Shown: positions 39,250 through 50,929, counted from the first letter of the stretch. The stretch is 64,000 nucleotides of DNA from Nemertoderma westbladi (GCA_032718475.1 JAUCBJ010008238.1:1-64000); one strand, 5' to 3'. Program-made: numbers and translations. The notes: generated by a model from the sequence alone, not told the origin.

Positions 39250-41367
39250 TTACGTTATGGAGTCCCTAGATGTTTGAAGGATTAGGGAGGTGGTCGTGGG
39301 AAGAGAATCTTGCCTTCCACAGTTTCCGGAGAGTCCTCCATTCCCTTCCGGTAAACACAAACGACCGACTGGGTGATTGAGTCGCTGCATCCCGAATACA
39401 ATTCCAGGTTTCCTCTTCGTCCTGGAATAGTGACGATAGAAACATCGCTCTAGGTACACGACGGCCTTACAAAGCCGATTCCAGGAGCTATAGTGGTCCG
39501 TCGCTCCCTGCAGGAGAGGTGAGAGTCCCTGCGAGACGTCTGATGTTCCAGAGCTCCAATCGCTCTCTCTGATCTTCATGAAGGATCCACTCGCGGTGGG
39601 GAGGTCCAGATCCACGGCGTCGTCCCTGGCAATATGTAATACCGACAGATCTATCCCGGGTTCAAATAACTCCGCTCCACCCGTCCGGGTTTTAGGTTTA
39701 ACTTTCTCCGCTCCCTTGGCTGGTCTAATCTCAGTCGGAGTAAGATGGGGAGGCCATTCATCCTCCTTACTCAGGAAGTCGGGTTCACCTAACCGGTCTG
39801 TAGTATCTGTCAGTTCTTGAGGAGTTGCTCCTCTGGAAGCGATGTCAGTTGTATTCATCGTCTTGGGGCAATATCTCCATTGATCTACATTGGAGTTAAG
39901 ATTGTCATTATCTGAGGAGTGTGGTGTTCCCTCAGTTGGGTCGTCTCCCTCACTAGTATCGTCTTCCCATTCACTCACCTGGCAGACGCGATCTTGAAGC
40001 AGTCTTTCCCTGAGCGTTCTACGGGAAGGTCCAGTAAGGTACCAACCTACTCTAGTTCTTACCGCATAGGTCTGAAGTGGTTGCGGTTGAGTAGGTCGTT
40101 TCTCTAATGTCTCCAGCGCCTCATGCGCATTTTGGCCGATGAGTATTTGCACTCCAGGATAATCAGTCTGGAATCGAGGTATCTTAAGATGTTGGATGCT
40201 CTCATCCTCGTCCCAATTATAAAGGTCTGCTTGAGTAGTAGCGAAGTTCTTTATTGCCACCATTTTGACTGACCTTATACTGTGTTCTCCTAGTTTATCC
40301 TGTGGAGTGGACAACTCACCTATATAATAGTCGGCAGCCACAGCAGATTTCCAAACCTGCATGATCCCTGACATGTTTAGCTTGGTTCGGAACTTGGGTT
40401 GTCCAGCAAAGATGTCCTCGGCTAGTTCCCTATCGATGAATGTTCCCGTGCTGCCGGAGTCCAGGAGGGCGTTCACTATATAGCTCTTCTGAGGTCCGTG
40501 GACCCGTAACTGGACTACAGGAAATTCTCGGATTCCTACATTGGAAGTTGGCGCTTTCCAAGATGGTTGTTGATCTGAAGTAGTTAGGGTGAGGTCGCTG
40601 TCTGTGTCTTTCTCATACTTGAGTGCTCGATACACTGCGGTGGTGTTTATTAAGTAACAGGATTCGTTTTCGTCGGAGAACTCGTCCGTATAGAATCCTT
40701 CCATCTCAGATTGATCAGTGTCGTTCACATCACTGAATTGGACATGTAGTTCGGACTCACTTACCTGACTCGGGCTGTTTCGTTCGAATTCCGTGTGCAA
40801 CAAGATATGATGTTTTGCGCCGCACTTTGCACACCTTGCGTCGGAGTAACAGGTTCGCCGTTGGTGTCCTCGTCTGAGGCAATTATAACACAACCGCTTA
40901 TCCCACATGACTTCACGTCTATCCTTTAGTGATTTCCTCAGGAATTTATCACACGCATTTAAACAGTGGGGCCCGTCGCACAGCACACATTTCGGCTTGA
41001 TGTTACTTACTTTAACCTGTGCTATGTGGTGCACACTTGTTCTTTCCTCGGGCTTTCTCACCTGAATTCTTTTAGGAGACGTAGGAAGGGTTTTTTGTAC
41101 CGGTTCCCTTCTGTCATTGGGTCGAGACTCGGATTTACTTACCTGATCTTTAGGCATTTTATTGACATAATAAGATCTGTCAGTGTCTTTCCCGCTGTCC
41201 TCTCCTTGAGAAGTTTGGCTTTCACCATCGTCGGTATAACATACTGGTGTTACCCTTCTCCTAGAAACGGGTTTCTCACTTACCTTGTTTTCCAATGTCT
41301 TCTCTCTGGACTGCCTTAGGAGCTGTAATTTCACTTCTCCATCTAAGAATGACATGAGATCAGCCAT
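39250..41367 (-). CDS. Bel/Pao Gag zinc knuckles, aspartic protease and RNase H tail remnant
   Basis: Triple knuckle CX2CX3HX4C / CX2CX4HX4C / CX2CX3HX4H; ALLDSGS; ILIG; QWRYCPKTMNTTDIASRG; no YxDD RT core and no integrase; same frame as gag. Confidence 0.85.
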   Translation of the reverse strand: MADLMSFLDGEVKLQLLRQSREKTLENKVSEKPVSRRRVTPVCYTDDGESQTSQGEDSGKDTDRSYYVNKMPKDQVSKSESRPNDRREPVQKTLPTSPKRIQVRKPEERTSVHHIAQVKVSNIKPKCVLCDGPHCLNACDKFLRKSLKDRREVMWDKRLCYNCLRRGHQRRTCYSDARCAKCGAKHHILLHTEFERNSPSQVSESELHVQFSDVNDTDQSEMEGFYTDEFSDENESCYLINTTAVYRALKYEKDTDSDLTLTTSDQQPSWKAPTSNVGIREFPVVQLRVHGPQKSYIVNALLDSGSTGTFIDRELAEDIFAGQPKFRTKLNMSGIMQVWKSAVAADYYIGELSTPQDKLGEHSIRSVKMVAIKNFATTQADLYNWDEDESIQHLKIPRFQTDYPGVQILIGQNAHEALETLEKRPTQPQPLQTYAVRTRVGWYLTGPSRRTLRERLLQDRVCQVSEWEDDTSEGDDPTEGTPHSSDNDNLNSNVDQWRYCPKTMNTTDIASRGATPQELTDTTDRLGEPDFLSKEDEWPPHLTPTEIRPAKGAEKVKPKTRTGGAELFEPGIDLSVLHIARDDAVDLDLPTASGSFMKIRESDWSSGTSDVSQGLSPLLQGATDHYSSWNRLCKAVVYLERCFYRHYSRTKRKPGIVFGMQRLNHPVGRLCLPEGNGGLSGNCGRQDSLPTTTSLILQTSRDSIT

Positions 41368-41376
41368 GGTAGGGTC

Positions 41377-43401
41377 TCATCGTTGTTGTTCCATCATATA
41401 TAACACTTTCTTATCCCAGCGTGTACCTACTCCACCCTTCGGTAAAGTAGAAGCCACTGCTCTAATAACCATAGCACTCTGATACTCATGAGACTTACCT
41501 AGCCAATCTAATTGTCTGCAGATCTCCTGAATTTCATCGGAAAACTCTATAATCCCGCTGCTAATAAACTTTCGGGGCGCTACCAACTTTGCATACAAAT
41601 ACCCAGCTATGTTATTCCTATTACCATACCTGATGTTTAGTGTATCCCAAACTTGTCTTAATCCGTCTGGATGTCCAATAAACCTTAACGCCATTAACTT
41701 GGGAGATCCTTCCAAGCACTCGATGAGGTATCTAAGTTTTTCTCCATTAGATAGTACAGAGTTCTGTATGTTATCTTTGTAATATTCATTAAAAGGTAAC
41801 CATTTCATCTCATCTCCATTGAACTTGACGATCTCTCCCACCTTTACCGCTTGCCGGGCTTCGGTTCTAGCCATTTGACGCGTAAAACTTTCTTGGGCCA
41901 TCGTGTTATTTAATATCAAGTTATCGGTATATAAATTTCTCGGATTATGATCAGTTCTATGTGGAATATCATTATCAACAAGTCTATAATTACCCTTAAT
42001 AGGGTTCACTATAGGAGTTTCTACTTCGCTAGCAGTATATATGCGTGTAGGCTCCACACCTTGCGTATGCGATACTTCAGACCTAACAGGTTGACACATT
42101 GTTACAGAGGGTGGTGGTATACCTCTTTGAGTATTTACTAATTTATCGCGCTCTAGCGCGATACTTTGCTGCACTTCTTGCAACTCTAGCCTACTTTCCC
42201 TTACTGTGCCCTTGAATTGCTGGACAGTCTCCTGCATCTGCCCGAGCAGGATATCCATCCCCCGCCGTCTCTCGTCCACCCATTCGACCGCCGAAGCGGG
42301 AGTCGCCAACGTTGTAGCGGGTGGACGAGGGACAACGGGCGACAAATTATGAATATTTCGCTCGGGATCCAGGACTTGAACTGTCTCTGGGGCAGTTCTA
42401 CGGGGCACAGGTAGCTTAGTGCTATGCAGAGGGAATTTAGAGGTAACTTCAGGGAGCACAGGTGTGTCTATCACCGAAGGGGTGATTTCGAGAACAGGCC
42501 TAATTATTTCAGGCTCATCTACTATAGTAGGGAGTCTTTCTATTTTAATTATTTGGTCTGTGGGTTCTGTACTGCCTAAGTTGGTGCTATTTAGTTGCCT
42601 TCTAACAGCTGGAGGCAAATCAGGCAATTTCTGACGGTGGAATGTTCTTTTACGTCTGCTTAGACGAGATCTATTTCCTTTGCCTTCAGTATCGGTGGTA
42701 TCGCCTTCCTCAGATGATGTATATCCCTGTCTTTTGGGAGTAGATCGATTCATCATCTGCATATTACTAGCTGTTAACTGTTTACTGAAGTCGTCTTGCT
42801 TCTCTTGAAGATTTTCCAACTCCAGTTGGGCGATCTCTTCAGCCGCTCTCCGTTCTGCTTCCGCCACTGCTGCCGCTTTTACCTCTGCCGCTGCCGCTTT
42901 TGCCTCTGCATTTGCTTCTGCTGCTGCCGCTGTTGCCTTTGCCTCTGCTTCTGCTGCTGCCGCTGTTGCCTTTGCCTCTGCTTCTGCTGCTGCCGCTGTT
43001 GCCTTTGCCTCTGCTTCTGCTGCTGCCGCTTTTGCCTCTGCCGCTGCTTCTGCCAAGGTCGCTTTTCTTTCCGCCTCTGCCACTGCTGCTATCTTTCTGT
43101 CTTCTATACGTTTTTTCCTTACTTGTTCTTCTTGTTCTCTAGCGATGCGGAGTTGTTCATCGAATTTAGCTTGATTCGCGGCCCTCATTTCCACATCGAT
43201 GGCATCCAACACAAGCTTGGTTCCTTCACTATTAGGGCTAAGTCCCTCTAACCTTCTCCTCAACTCGTCATTACCTAAAAAACGTTGATAGTCTGACAGA
43301 TAGATGTCAATGGCATCCCTCTTATGCGGTTTCTCTGCTGTCACTTCGCTCTCGGTTGTATCTAGTAGACTGTCTGACAGGTTCTGCTTTGCGTCAGACA
43401 T
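41377..43401 (-). CDS. gag: Bel/Pao Gag N-terminal part (coiled coil, Ala-rich 33-bp repeat, DUF1759-like capsid region)
   Basis: KFNGDEMKWLPF...LSNGEKLRYLIECLEG...WDTLNIRYGN; (AEAEAKATAAA)n; ends at an in-frame TGA 9 nt before the next ORF. Confidence 0.85.
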   Translation of the reverse strand: MSDAKQNLSDSLLDTTESEVTAEKPHKRDAIDIYLSDYQRFLGNDELRRRLEGLSPNSEGTKLVLDAIDVEMRAANQAKFDEQLRIAREQEEQVRKKRIEDRKIAAVAEAERKATLAEAAAEAKAAAAEAEAKATAAAAEAEAKATAAAAEAEAKATAAAAEANAEAKAAAAEVKAAAVAEAERRAAEEIAQLELENLQEKQDDFSKQLTASNMQMMNRSTPKRQGYTSSEEGDTTDTEGKGNRSRLSRRKRTFHRQKLPDLPPAVRRQLNSTNLGSTEPTDQIIKIERLPTIVDEPEIIRPVLEITPSVIDTPVLPEVTSKFPLHSTKLPVPRRTAPETVQVLDPERNIHNLSPVVPRPPATTLATPASAVEWVDERRRGMDILLGQMQETVQQFKGTVRESRLELQEVQQSIALERDKLVNTQRGIPPPSVTMCQPVRSEVSHTQGVEPTRIYTASEVETPIVNPIKGNYRLVDNDIPHRTDHNPRNLYTDNLILNNTMAQESFTRQMARTEARQAVKVGEIVKFNGDEMKWLPFNEYYKDNIQNSVLSNGEKLRYLIECLEGSPKLMALRFIGHPDGLRQVWDTLNIRYGNRNNIAGYLYAKLVAPRKFISSGIIEFSDEIQEICRQLDWLGKSHEYQSAMVIRAVASTLPKGGVGTRWDKKVLYMMEQQR

Positions 43402-44649
43402 GCTTATGTGTACAGTTGAATATCTACTACTGTATTACAGTCTGAGCAAGTCTAGTAACTCAGTATTAACTGCTAGCCTAGTAATTAATTACCGGTACTG
43501 CTACTCAGTGTAGCGTGATATATATAATATATTATAATACCGGTATGCTTATAGTATATATAACTATTATTACAGACTAGGTTTATCACAGAATACCGGT
43601 ATAATTTTAGCACAAATATATAAATATATAATAGGCCTATCGGGAATACCGGTATACAGCTGACAAAAAAAAATTTATAGAAATAAAGATAATAGGCCTA
43701 TCGTAAATACCGGTATATCAATTATTTTAAATAATTGAATTTCTGAATTTTAGGGTTACTTGGTTACTTTACTTACTTTATTACCATTATTTGAGCAGTA
43801 ATCCAACTGATATTGAGACCTAATTGTTATATGGTAAGCCTACTATTTATAAATCGTTAGATTTGATTTATAATATATATATACCCGTTTTAATGGGTTT
43901 TGTCAATGTTTGAAATAAATGTTATTATTTCTGGGGGTAATCACTACACAAAGCGGTACGCTTTCAGTGAAGTGTTACGTACAGGACACTAAAACAAATG
44001 ATTCTAATTTACCTAAGTTACTTAATACTACAAATTACGTACAATTCGGGTGAGATTACAATCTCTAACTAAACACAAAAATTTACAAAAACGCAAAATA
44101 CGAATTTCAGGGTAATTTTACAAGAAGTCTACAAACCAGCCTAACAAAGGGTTAGAATTCTGGTTATTACAACGGACAGGGTACTACGGTATTTGAAATA
44201 ATAAGTAGTAGTAAATACACTGCGTTGTCCAGATAGAAAAATACCACCGCCTGACGACCTATAGCCATATCGCTATAGGTTCTACGTTATGTATCACGGA
44301 GTGTTCCTACCTAGAAGTTAATAGAGCTAATCGAACGTGCCTATCAACCACTTTACAACACAAATATAATGTCTACACTAATTACTTCGGAAAGTACTGT
44401 ACACTAAACCCTAAATTAGGTACGAGTACTTGTACAACAGATAATCAGTAGTTAAATATACTTGAACAGCTAAAAGAACCACGGCATCTGCTGGAGTGAC
44501 CGATGCACAAAATCACCAGTCTTTACCTACGCCAAGCAGCCCGTGTAGTACCGGGGTTAATTTAACTATAGCGGTATGTATAACAAACACAATTACTGTA
44601 GGAACAAACTTGGGGAATGAATGTTGCGAATAATCGCATAAACTCTGAA

Positions 44650-45222
44650 TAATAAATATTACGCTACGCGTACAAACTACTCAAACAAAATGCAGACCGA
44701 ACACTGACAGACTACCATCAAGCCTAAACAAACTACGGTATATGCAGACTCCGAAATAATTAGGTAGTATGCGTTCTAACCCAGTAGTACGACTTATTCT
44801 TTAATTGGGGGTTTACCTTACAGCATTCGCTGCCCCTACTTCCTAACCGTTCTTTATCGGACAAGTGATCTACACACGCTGCAATCCGCTCAGGCCTAAT
44901 AACAGCCAGACAACTATCCAGCCTACAAATTATCTAAATAAATATTATACGCTACCCGTACAGACTTACACAAACAAAGTACAGACTCAACGATGGCAGA
45001 CTACTCTCAAGCCTAAATAAACTACAGGACATGCAGACTCCGAAATAATTAGGTAGTATGCGTTCTAACCCAGTAGTACGACTTATTCTTTAGTCGGGGT
45101 TTACCTTACAGCATTCGCTGCCCCTACTTCCTAACCGTTCTTTATCGGACAGGCTCTACACACACTGTAATCCGTTCAGACCTAACAGCAATCAGACAAC
45201 AGCTCAGCCTACAAATTATCTG
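44650..45222. repeat. About 290-bp tandem duplication in the element's 5' leader
   Basis: ATGCAGACTCCGAAATAATTAGGTAG...TTTATCGGACA block at about 44742 and 45031. Confidence 0.85.
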
Positions 45223-45588
45223 TACAATCTGATCAGGCTTACACGCCTTCTGTTCAATACTGGCCTACAAATAAATAAAACTTGACAGAAATAAGTAAAC
45301 CATATAAAGGAATAAGGGGTGATCAATCCCTAATCCCTTAAACAGCCTACCGGTATGCAACAATCAAATCGAATAATACTAGTGTACTTATATGGAAGTA
45401 CCAGTTAGGACAGCTAGGCCTACGGACCTACAGAAGTACCGGTTCTGGCAGTTGGACCTACGGACCTACGGCAGTACCGGTTCTGGCAGTTGGGCCTACT
45501 GACCTACAGATGTACCGGTTCAGGTTTACCGGTTGACCGGTACTTTCAACTTTATTGCTTACTGCAATAAAGAAGCTATATCCGTTAT

Positions 45589-46841
45589 TGTTCGCGCTTT
45601 CAGACCTTTGGCAGTTTAACCCACCAAATTAGGATGTCTTCTAGATAATAAATCACCTTTAGTCTATGACAAGTATTTAATTCACTACACTAGTCGAAAC
45701 CAATCTGTGCGTGATCATTCACCCGCTGGATATACCCGGGAGATTGGGTTCGATGGCTTAATCTTATTGCTATGTAAGCCTAATGTATTATTCGACTGAC
45801 AGTATTATATAATCTCTGACAATATTATTCACCTTCAGGGAATATTAACAGTTCCTTTAGGACGTGGCGCTCTATCTATATAAACAGAGTTATGACTTAA
45901 ACTACTCACAACGATATGGCTTAGTTACAATTCACATATATGGCGCATTCTTTAGGAAATGCTTCGTTATCAGTCTCACTCATACACAATGCTGCACAAT
46001 ACTGCACACTGATCTGCCGATCTTCACTGATTTTAGTCACATATAAAAGGAACACGGACCGAATCATGTAGGGTCTATCAAATAACATTAGATTCACTTC
46101 AAACCACTCAACATAGGTCGCAATCATTTATCTGTAACCTTTCTCTCTTACCTTCGGTATATCAAGAATATTGGGTTTTCGGGGTTATTTGTCGTTATTC
46201 CAAATATAATAATTCATCAACCATATTATGAAGAAAACACTGATAGTAAATAGCAGTATAACAATATAAAGTATGCACAGTGTTACACAGTATGCAGTGT
46301 ATGCAGTACTGCAGTATGCAGTATGCAGATAACGGATATATGTCCTTATAATTAAGCCTACTAGTGTAGGGCTAAAGCAGAAAAGCACAAAATACTCCAA
46401 AGCCGTTCTTCCTGGCTTAGAATCACCAACAACACTGATAAGAATAACTATAAGAATACCAGCTACCCTTATTCCACGAAGCTCCCGTCCAACACAGAGA
46501 AAGAGCAGTGAGATAGGAAAATTCAGTTCAGTAGCTCTGTGATAGGTCAAAATCAAAGCCAACTCAAATCCTATTGGCAGATACAGAAGGCAGGGCTATG
46601 GGGCAACGTGGCAATATCAGCCGTTAGCCGTCGTCATGGTAGCGACACTGTTTTCAAGAGTATCGAGCTTTTACGTCACGAAATTGCAGATTATGTCCTC
46701 TAAAGTACAAATACAGAAGAAATGGCTTTTATGTCCTCCAAAACACCAGTACAGCAAGGACACGGCCTTTTATGCCTGGTAAACCAACCACAGAGTACTT
46801 TACGGGGATAATAACCGGCTAATTACGCAAAAGCTTTTACA
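45589..46841 (-). repeat. 5' LTR
   Basis: Direct repeat of 34932-36184. Confidence 0.95.
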
Positions 46842-48665
46842 TAGTTCGAGGGCATCTGTTTCGGGTAGTCTTAATTTGATAATAATATCTTCTACCAGAG
46901 TATTTTCCATACACAGCGCCAAAACTAGCCGGTTTCTGGAACATTTATGAAGACTGAGCACTTTCTTTAAGTAAAACGATTTTACTTTGTCGATCCTGTG
47001 TAGTTGATTTGATGTTAGGTATGGCCAGATTTTGTCTAGGTTATATGTCATTATTGGTAGTATCTTGATATCGAAAATTTTCAGAGCAGTTTTTAGGGAT
47101 AACTTAGATTTTTTAATGCTATGAATAGCAACAATTGATTTGCAGCAGACATTATTATGTGTTTTGTGAAAGTTAACGTCGTTTGAAATGTGACGCCTAG
47201 ATATGTATATGAGTTAACAATAGGAACAATGTCGCCGTTATATGTAAATTGTCGCTTTTGCACAGCCTGCCGCCACGCCGGAATTTTATTATCGCCATTT
47301 TCTTTAAATTAACAGAGAGCTGGTTTTCAATGGACCATTCCAGCAAAGCATTAAGACCAGCTTGTATTGGTTCCCTGGATTCATAATAGAGTAACAAATC
47401 ATCAGCAAACAATAAAATTGCGATCGCAATTGCTGCATTTTTAATCTTGATTACAATATCAGCTATGTATAGGATAAAAAGCAACGGACTTAGTAACCCT
47501 CGTAGTTGGGCGATCAAGTTTGTTTTTCTGAGACCATCGAACACCTGGATATAGTTGGTGGAGAGCAAAAGTTTGAAGTTCGTAGGAGACACCCTTTTAT
47601 ATTGAATTGGGTCTTTAATTTGTTGATTAACCTTTCCCTTGAAACAGAATCGAAGGCTTTTCTGAAATCCACGAAGCATGCATAGACTGGCTTCTTGTGC
47701 GGGATGCTGGAGATTATACTGTCTATTAGTTGCTTAATGGGTTGCGCGGTGGACCGACAGGGCAAAAATCCAAATTGTTCACGGGGTATTTTATCTATAA
47801 CAAAGTCTCTAAGTCTTTTGACGATTAGGCTTGTTAGAATTTTATAAATATTGCAGAGTAGTGCAATCCCAGTTGTCCGGATCATTTCGTGTACCTTTTC
47901 CCTTGTAAAGTACTTTACATATGCTTGACTTCCAACTGGTTACAATATTTATTGTAAAGAAACAGATGTTGAATAATAGTACCCAGAAATTTAGTGTAAA
48001 TGGAGGAGATTGTTTCAGTAGTTCGTACGGAAGACTGTCTGGGCCTAGGTCTGGGTTATAAATTCTTTCCTTACTTCTTCTGGTAGGAATGGTGCATTGT
48101 AGGGTAATTCATCATGTTCTCCATCAGAATCAGCAATAATATCTTGAACGTCGTCCAAGGGTTGGGTATTTGCGAAAAGTTTACTGAAGTGTGTTTCCTA
48201 GGTGGCTAAGGGGACGGGACATGGTGGTTGGGAAGAATGTTTTCGCCACCAAAAGTACGGTTCTTTTTCAGTTTTTTGTATGAGCTTCTCTTCTTCCTGC
48301 TTGTAAAATAGTTCCATTTTTCCCTTCAGTAGGAGTTTGAATTCTCTTTTTAGTCTACATAACTTTTCTCTATGGCTGGGGTCCAATTTGGCGATGTGGT
48401 GAAGTTCAATTACTTCCTTTCTTCTGTTGAAACATTGTGAGTTGAACCAAGGTTTATTCTCTCTGATTTTGCCAAAATTAATGGCCGCATCCTTTAAGGC
48501 TTCTGTTAATGTATCATATGCGAGGTCTATATCCCCTTCATCTAACAGGTTGATCCCCTCTTGTAAGCGTTGATCGATCTGGAGTTCTGTCAGGGATAGT
48601 TTGTGTGTTTTATTCTTTTTGAGTTGTTTGCTATTTGTAATCAGTTGTTTTTGGGGATGTTCGAA

Positions 48666-49227
48666 AGGCATGGGCAGCCCTGAATAGGCTTTCCAGGATT
48701 TGGAAGTCACCTAGAATTAATCGGAAACTTAAGGTCCGATTATTTAGAGCAGCAGTAGTTCCAGTACTCCTCTACGGGAGTCCATGCTGGGCTCTAACTG
48801 CTGAGGACACCAAATCTCTGGATGGCACATTCACAAGAATGCTACGCCGGGTTCATTGTGTCAAGTACAATGCACACATCTCCAACCAGACACTATATAA
48901 CATTGGAGGTGTCTCATTGGTTCCCCCAAGCTTGACACTTGAACAAAATCGCCTCCGCTTTGCAGGACATTGCTTTCGCCGTGAGGACCAGCCAGTGCAT
49001 AATCTTGTACTTTGGCAGCCTCATGGAGTGAATAAGCATGGTGGACAGCCCATGACTTTCTTGAGACGCATCTTAAAGAACACTGGCCTTAAAGATGCGG
49101 ATGATCTAGCAAATGTCATGGGTGATAGGGAGTTGTGGCGGTGCAATTTTGTTGACAAGCCGGCACAGCATTCTTAAAAATGCAGCTGCAATGCAGCATG
49201 CCGATCCTAGTAGTAGTAGTAGTAGTA
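48666..49227 (+). mobile_element. Short RTE-like LINE 3' fragment, copy 2
   Basis: Near-identical reverse complement of 21561-22122; (TAG)n tail; 13-bp TSD GGGGA(T/C)GTTCGAA at 48653-48665 and 49228-49240. Confidence 0.9.
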
Positions 49228-50929
49228 GGGGACGTTCGAAGAACCACTTCATATAGGAACATGTTTCCTTAAACCGTTGAATGGATATTCGATGGATGAG
49301 ACATTGTGGTTTGAGAACACCAAATCTATGAGACTGGAGCCGTTGTGGCAAATATAAGTCGGCTGTGTAAGGTCATTTTCGATTACCAAATCAAGATCTA
49401 CTTCTTCTAATAGGCAAGTGAGTAGCTCAGCTTTCTCGTTGTCAACTACATCCAGTCTGGCATTAAAATCGCCCGTAAGTATAATGGGTAAAGTGTTTCC
49501 AACAGGTATCGTTTGCAGTGCTGTAAATACTCCATCGGCTAGCCCCTCATTGCTGGTATCTGGGTTGAAGTAACAGCAGATAATTATCGCAATATCTGTC
49601 TGCACTGATACGAAATCTTTGCATTCTTTTAAAGGTTTAGGGTTTAAATGCGGTTTTATTAATATGGCAATTCCTCCCTTTGGGTGACCTTTTTGGCCTT
49701 TTGTCGGTTTGTATTCGAATGGGTAATATCCTGGGATATTTGTCTTTTGTGCTAAAAGTTTCTGTTAAAAGAAGGATATCTGGTTTCTTAAAAAGTTTGT
49801 CCGATAACTCTAGCAGGCTGTTTAGACCTTCCACTTTCCATAAGAGATTCAATGCATATCTGTTCATTTGAGTTTAGCGTTAATTGTGGGGATGGTGACT
49901 GGATTGGTAAATTACGAGGGTTATTGTCGGATTGAATGGATGTATCGGTTATGTTCGCCCTGGAGGAGCTGAGTTCCGCGTTCGGGGTGGATTGTCAGTC
50001 TACCCTGTCAGCACCCAAATCAGTGCTGCGAATGGGTGGACTCACCGTCACCAGAATTCGTTGTCTCGGTTTAAGTCCAAAGCGTTCCCGCTCTGAACTA
50101 GAAAGCCGGTAGTTCTTTTTGTTAATCCCCGATCCAGATGGCCGGGTTCATTAGACTTTCGCGTTGTTCTTGGTCACACACCAAGTGAAAAGCCTTGTGA
50201 ATCGAGTCGGGGTGAGTTGGGATTGCGAAGATACCTTGGACTGGAATTCCCAAACCAACAATATAATTCTTTACCATTTCTTCTGTCTCATCCAGAGCCA
50301 TGCGTCCGAGATGGATGTGTCTCTACTAGGTTGTCTAGGTTGCGCATCGAGGGTGGCTGCCACTCTGATTCCACCCCCAATGCCACTTCCACGCATTGTT
50401 CGAGATGGGCGACTTTCTGGCAATGGTACCCCAGAATGTGTAGAGATTGTGTACTGCCTCGAGCATGGCCAGTTTCTCGGTGTGGGTTCTTCCTAGGATC
50501 GGAGGAGGGGGCGATTGAACAACCTCGCTGTAGGTCCGCTGATAGTTACTGGTTCCAGTATTGGTTGTATCTTGCTGGCAAACTTCGTGACTTGCTGCTG
50601 ACTGCGCTTCTATAAGTTTATCTTTCGCTGTTAAGGATTCATTCTTCGCAGCTATGCATGGTGTCGGCTTGAGCATCAGCGAGCCGAGTTAGCGACACCA
50701 AATACAGTCTGTTCATACGAGATAAGCAGTCCATCATTGTCCGTTCGTGATCGTTTGAGGTGCTTCGCTTGTCTTTTTATAGTAGAAATTATTGTGCTCA
50801 TCATCGTGGAGTATTCATCCGCCATTCTTTGGAGTTCGGTATACACACACATGGACATATTACAGAATTATAGCAGTTCACTGATGGCTCGCAGTTTTGA
50901 CTCGCCCCACAAATTAGGAAAACTTTATT

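Larger units (their letters stand above)
34932..46841 (-). mobile_element. Bel/Pao LTR retrotransposon, non-autonomous (gag-pro only), 11.9 kb
   Basis: Two 1253-bp TG...CA LTRs; 5-bp TSD TAGTT at 34927-34931 and 46842-46846; purine-rich GGGAGCGG (minus) next to the 3' LTR; gag and protease ORFs. Confidence 0.95.
34539..50858 (-). mobile_element. Decayed APE-type LINE (about 3.8 kb net) hosting two insertions
   Basis: Endonuclease (LLLTETF, TGDFNA, SLIDLVF; 49249-49867), RT (QFGF, FVDFRKAFDSV, LLFADD; 47197-47885), C-terminal CxCxxC..HxxxC (34642-34836); 13-bp TSD ATTACAGAATTAT at 34526-34538 and 50859-50871. Confidence 0.88.

Noticed and set aside
41368-41379. Programmed stop-codon readthrough between the two Bel/Pao ORFs
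   Set aside because: The TGA falls inside Gag, before the zinc knuckles, and is followed by G; a CGA>TGA mutation is simpler, though other copies should be checked
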